From Nemertoderma westbladi (lineage: Eukaryota; Animalia; Xenacoelomorpha), in contig JAUCBJ010002011.1 of NCBI GenBank assembly GCA_032718475.1, positions 1-36,153 of the forward strand: a stretch of 36,153 nt of DNA, read 5' to 3'. The notes under the pieces are model-generated. The model was not told where the DNA came from and did not search any database. It saw only the letters and a list, made by a program, of their open reading frames with translations. Shown one piece after another: positions 32,124-36,153 of the stretch (position 1 is its first letter; each line of letters opens with the position of its first letter). The position numbers and the translations under genes are program-made.

Positions 32124-34154
32124 ATGGCATCCAAACGAAATTTGTATAGACTAAACAGACAACAACTATGTTCAGAATTGAATCAGGCGCTTGGTCTACC
32201 TGTAGGCAACAATTATGGCATCGAGATGGATGCTGAGTCAGGTTCTGAGTCTAACCCCGATCATTATGCTGCTTCTGTTATTGATCGGCCTCCAACTGTT
32301 GATCTTGATCAAAATGATGATATCTCACTTCCTGATGACATCATTGTGGACGATGGAACAAGTTCGCATACCGTCACTGATCTCAATCGTAATGACAATA
32401 ATGAGCAAGTGTATGACACCGATCCAGATGAAGACACATCCGACAGCTCTATAGATTCCTTTTCTTTTTCCCCGATTCCAACATCAAAATGCCACGAAAA
32501 CAAACATGTTTGTTGTAAACTGCTCCAGTGGTCGTCCAATAACAGTTCAGTTAGTGACAGGGCATTTTCGACCTTGCTAAGTGAGTTGAATTCAGTTATT
32601 CCAAGTCTGCCATTAACTGCCAAAACATTGAGACACCAGCATATACAGCAATCACTTTTACCCATTGACAGCATTGATATTATTGCTTGTGCTGGTGGGT
32701 CCATGTCCTTTTTTGGTATTCCTCTGAAGTATCATAGTTCACCGATTATAATAAACATCGATGGAACTCCTTGGATTAAGTCGTCAAATGGTGCTTTTTG
32801 GCCTATCCTAGGAGGTGTTTATGGGAGGAAAGATGTAGGGACATTTATCGTTGCCTTATGGCTTGGTCCATTACAAAAGCCAACTAACATGAATGAGTAC
32901 CTTGATCCTTTTGTTAAGTATGTTATAAATAACTCTATAAATGTTATTTTTCTAACTGTAGATACGCCTGCTCGAAGTATGTTGTTGTGTACTAAGGGTC
33001 ACTCTGGATATTGGCCATGTACATACTGTAAAATAAAAGGCATTCATGATGGTACAAAGGTGTACTTTTGTGACAGACATGCACCACCACGAAGCGATAT
33101 TGAATACTTGCAGATGACTGACCCTGGCCATCAAAAACAACTCTGTCCCCTTCGAGCAATTGTAGGTTTGTCGTCAGGACTGCCACCGGAGTATATGCAT
33201 TCTGTTTGCATGGGTGTAACAAAACAACTTATAGCTGCATGGACTTCATACGATTCAATATGCAATCGGACAATGCCCTTGCCCTGCGTTCTTATCCCTT
33301 CTAGAAAAGCCTCCCTTAATGTACTATTGAAGTCATTTGGTATGCACATGCCTCTTATATTCAACCGTCCAGTGCGAGGTTTTGATGAGGTGTCACACTT
33401 CAAGGCGACAGAATTTCGATCTATTCTATTGTATGCGTCCCCGCTTTTAAAGGAATATCTTCCTACTTCTTATTTTAATAACCTAATGAAACTTCACTTG
33501 GCTATTCGTATTTTAGTATCTGAAATGTTGGTATCACAAATACGATTCTTAAATATTGCTAAGAAATTGATTAACGAGTTCCATGATGAAATTGATGGCC
33601 TTTATTCTCATTCAGTATACACCTTCAATGTCCATTTATTGACACATCTTCCTGATTTTTGCTCTATGTATGGTGCACTGGATAAATGGAGTGCTTTCCA
33701 ATTCGAATCGTTCATGGCTGTACTCAAGAAACGGTTGCGATCGAAACGATTAGATTTAATTCACAAGGAGGCAATAAGTGGAGTTTTATTTGATACCTGT
33801 TCCACAATTTGTGCTGAAAAAACACTGAACCCTAAGGTTTTCTTGCCTAAAAAGGGGAACTGCATATTTATTGATGGTAGGTATATGTTGCTTTCTAAAG
33901 TTCAAACTTTCAGTACCAGTACCGGTACCAATCTCGTAGTCTCAGGTCACTCACTGACATTTGTTGATGACGTTTTTACTGTTGTTGCTGGTCAGGAGAT
34001 CTACAAAAGCCTTCCATTCGGGGAAGGCTTTTTCAAGAAGGGAGCAATTATTTCAAACTTGTCCGTAGATAGTTCCATCTTCAAGTGGTGCATCTGTTTT
34101 CCCCATTTGTTCAACAATGAGAATGTGTTTTATGTTACGATGTTTTGTAACTAA
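32124..34154 (+). CDS. EnSpm/CACTA (CMC superfamily) transposase, open 676-aa ORF
   Basis: LPLTAKTL, INIDGTPW.KSS...FWPILG, DTPARS.L..KGHSGY..C.YC, EYMHSVCMGV.K, FKATEFR..LLY, NVHLL.HL, YG.L...SAF.FES; no stops or frameshifts. Confidence 0.93.
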   Translation: MASKRNLYRLNRQQLCSELNQALGLPVGNNYGIEMDAESGSESNPDHYAASVIDRPPTVDLDQNDDISLPDDIIVDDGTSSHTVTDLNRNDNNEQVYDTDPDEDTSDSSIDSFSFSPIPTSKCHENKHVCCKLLQWSSNNSSVSDRAFSTLLSELNSVIPSLPLTAKTLRHQHIQQSLLPIDSIDIIACAGGSMSFFGIPLKYHSSPIIINIDGTPWIKSSNGAFWPILGGVYGRKDVGTFIVALWLGPLQKPTNMNEYLDPFVKYVINNSINVIFLTVDTPARSMLLCTKGHSGYWPCTYCKIKGIHDGTKVYFCDRHAPPRSDIEYLQMTDPGHQKQLCPLRAIVGLSSGLPPEYMHSVCMGVTKQLIAAWTSYDSICNRTMPLPCVLIPSRKASLNVLLKSFGMHMPLIFNRPVRGFDEVSHFKATEFRSILLYASPLLKEYLPTSYFNNLMKLHLAIRILVSEMLVSQIRFLNIAKKLINEFHDEIDGLYSHSVYTFNVHLLTHLPDFCSMYGALDKWSAFQFESFMAVLKKRLRSKRLDLIHKEAISGVLFDTCSTICAEKTLNPKVFLPKKGNCIFIDGRYMLLSKVQTFSTSTGTNLVVSGHSLTFVDDVFTVVAGQEIYKSLPFGEGFFKKGAIISNLSVDSSIFKWCICFPHLFNNENVFYVTMFCN

Positions 34155-34435
34155 ATTGTATTCCATGTATTACGCTACTTGTGAACTTTATATATTTACC
34201 ATTACTATATTGACTCTCTAATAATTCATAACAAACTTTGATTCTGTAATTATCAATCGTTAAGTTTCAAACTACAGTATATACTTTGTAGATAAAACTA
34301 TTTCACTTCTGTGAGCAGATGCTGTAAACTCAATTAGAAGATACCTACCTACAGACCTATTATATATCCCGTTAATTATCATCACTTTTTATTATAATTG
34401 TATATTTTGTTACCGATTTCTTGACCTCATAAGCA

Positions 34436-35716
34436 ATGAGTTACAACCGGGAATTGCACCCATATACCGATGTGATTGTTTATTGTCGTAAAGATGAGTC
34501 GTTCTTTGTTGCTAATATTGAGGCGGATGTAGACTTATCCGAAACGAATGGTGATCTCAGGGTTGGTGGCGGTTACTACGATGTCATCTATGATGGGAAA
34601 CAATATTCACAGTGCAGTATTCTAACGCATGGCTATACTGAAGAAGAAGACTTCATGGTTATTCTCGAGAAAGCTCGGTCAATGAAATTATGTGGAAAGT
34701 TTCGCTTCGAACAAATATTTAACGCAACACCGAGAGTTGTAGATAGAATGGGCGGGACTAGGAAGCGCCTAACGTTCAAGTCGTACAAATCGATAGGGCC
34801 AGCAATGGCATCTTCTGATGAAGATGGCTGTACGCGACAACCCAGCAAACGTCCTAATATTTTTAGAGATAGACAACTGCATTCTGGCACTACGGAAGTA
34901 GAGTTTATATCTCCACCAGTAGCCCCTCAAGCTCAAGCATTACCAGCACCTATAATAAACCATCATACCGCCTCCAAGACTACCGGTATTTCGGAGAAGT
35001 TAGCTAATGATAAAACAGGTGAAGATGAATCCATTTACAACTCTGTGTATTGTCGAAAAAATACCAGGGAATGTAGTGTGAAAGTCTTCAACAAAGATGA
35101 TAAGTTCGACATTAAGTCACTAACGGATCGAGAGCTCCTAGAATGTACTTACCATTTGCAGGAAAACAATAGAAAGAGTATTTTGTCGCTAGAAATCAAG
35201 GTGGGAATGTTCCTTTCCAACATGTCCAAATGGAAGAAAGAAATGCAGGCAACGATTAATGAACCCCAAGGAGAAAATTCTGATCTTCGTCCAGCCAATA
35301 CGATTGACGAATTGGTAGCTCTAGCTGAACATCCTAATGTAGTTTCGTATTTATCACTGCAAGGGGGTTGTAATTTTAGAAATGCACTTTGTCGACAATT
35401 TGAAGCGTTAATGTCAAGACAACTCGCAAAGAAAGTGAACATTTCAGGTCGATCATCGGCAAAGGCAAAGGAATATTGTGAGTCGAAGGTTTCTCTCTCA
35501 AAGATTGGTATTATAAAGATACTTGAGAAAGTGAACCGCAATAGAGAGGGTTTCTCTAATGCAGCTCTGGAGCGTCACGTTCGCAGTGTGCATCATACGT
35601 ATTGCGATATCCGGCGGTTTCAAGGAAACAAAGGTAAAAAGATTAATTTTTATATTATAAAATACATATCTTTTGTCTTACTTTACACCGCAACTTCTTT
35701 GTATTTTTTCAGATAA
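34436..35716 (+). CDS. Second EnSpm-associated ORF with DUF4806-like C-terminal domain; 3' end uncertain (possible intron from 35634)
   Basis: Coiled-coil segment followed by YLSLQGG.....L.R....LMS..LA..VN.SGR, in tandem downstream of the transposase. The last 27 or so codons are AT-rich and follow AAG|GTAAAA. Confidence 0.7.
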   Translation: MSYNRELHPYTDVIVYCRKDESFFVANIEADVDLSETNGDLRVGGGYYDVIYDGKQYSQCSILTHGYTEEEDFMVILEKARSMKLCGKFRFEQIFNATPRVVDRMGGTRKRLTFKSYKSIGPAMASSDEDGCTRQPSKRPNIFRDRQLHSGTTEVEFISPPVAPQAQALPAPIINHHTASKTTGISEKLANDKTGEDESIYNSVYCRKNTRECSVKVFNKDDKFDIKSLTDRELLECTYHLQENNRKSILSLEIKVGMFLSNMSKWKKEMQATINEPQGENSDLRPANTIDELVALAEHPNVVSYLSLQGGCNFRNALCRQFEALMSRQLAKKVNISGRSSAKAKEYCESKVSLSKIGIIKILEKVNRNREGFSNAALERHVRSVHHTYCDIRRFQGNKGKKINFYIIKYISFVLLYTATSLYFFR

Positions 35717-36153
35717 TAATAATTTTTTTCATAATTTTCAAATAATAATAATAAATAATCATTTTTATCCAAAAACCCATAACCTAGGCCAAAAGTTAGG
35801 TTTTTTGGGCTCATACCTAAAAACCAACGTTGACCAAAAATGTATTATTAATTGCTTTGGTTCAATATCCTGGTGTCGTTAATGAAAAGGAGCAGGTTAC
35901 AGTGACATGCAATTATGACCAGATCAATAAACAAAAGTCAATAATACATGTTACAATTTAATCTTTGCTGGGAATAAATATATTTTCTGTATAAATAAAA
36001 CTACTGTAGGCAACACCTAAGGCTAATGACGCAGGACCTAATTAAGTAACATAGTAACATAAAGGACCCCTTTGTAAATAATCCCTACTCCTTTCCCTAA
36101 ATCGATAATTTAACATTGAGACAATAGAGACATAATACAGAGATATTAATTCG

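Larger units (their letters stand above)
25278..36153 (+). mobile_element. Probable EnSpm/CMC DNA transposon inserted in the 3' LTR; right end beyond the window
   Basis: The insertion starts CCCAGTG with subterminal CGCAAG/CTTGCG motifs, and an EnSpm-type transposase and DUF4806-like ORF lie downstream. Linking this terminus to the ORFs is inferred because the right TIR is not visible. Confidence 0.65.

Noticed and set aside
35896-35925. V(D)J RSS-like heptamer-12-nonamer reading of the bipartite motif (TACAGTG-N12-AACCAAAAC in the 26304 copy)
   Set aside because: Lacks the invariant CAC, the nonamer is a poor match, spacing varies and the motif is internal rather than terminal.

Overview
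Eukaryotic (invertebrate-like) DNA made almost entirely of nested transposable elements; no host gene is recognisable. The centrepiece is an unusually large BEL/Pao LTR retrotransposon (6736-25277; about 18.9 kb if its 3' LTR were complete) with 1179-bp LTRs that differ at about 5 of 868 compared bases and a disrupted gag-pol (10232-18380). It has three unusual traits. (1) There is no tRNA primer-binding site; the 12 nt right after the 5' LTR are the exact complement of a site inside the LTR, the geometry of Tf1-type self-priming. (2) A second ORF of about 1,417 aa (20077-24332, one frame broken by three stops and a terminal frameshift) is not env and appears to carry a DEDDy (WRN/mut-7-like) 3'-5' exonuclease, three CCHC knuckles and a basic C-terminal tail. 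(3) A long RNA stem-loop upstream of that ORF keeps its pairing, with compensatory changes, in a second diverged copy of the family at 1-3171. The element landed in the 3' end of a CRE-like non-LTR retrotransposon, near an RTE-like LINE fragment and a 57-bp minisatellite. Its 3' LTR is cut by a probable EnSpm/CMC transposon (open transposase plus DUF4806-like ORF) that contains a stack of non-autonomous DNA elements and a split tRNA-derived SINE. A bipartite motif with a 13-15 nt spacer recurs five times in that stack. All family assignments are by eye from motifs; no database search was run.
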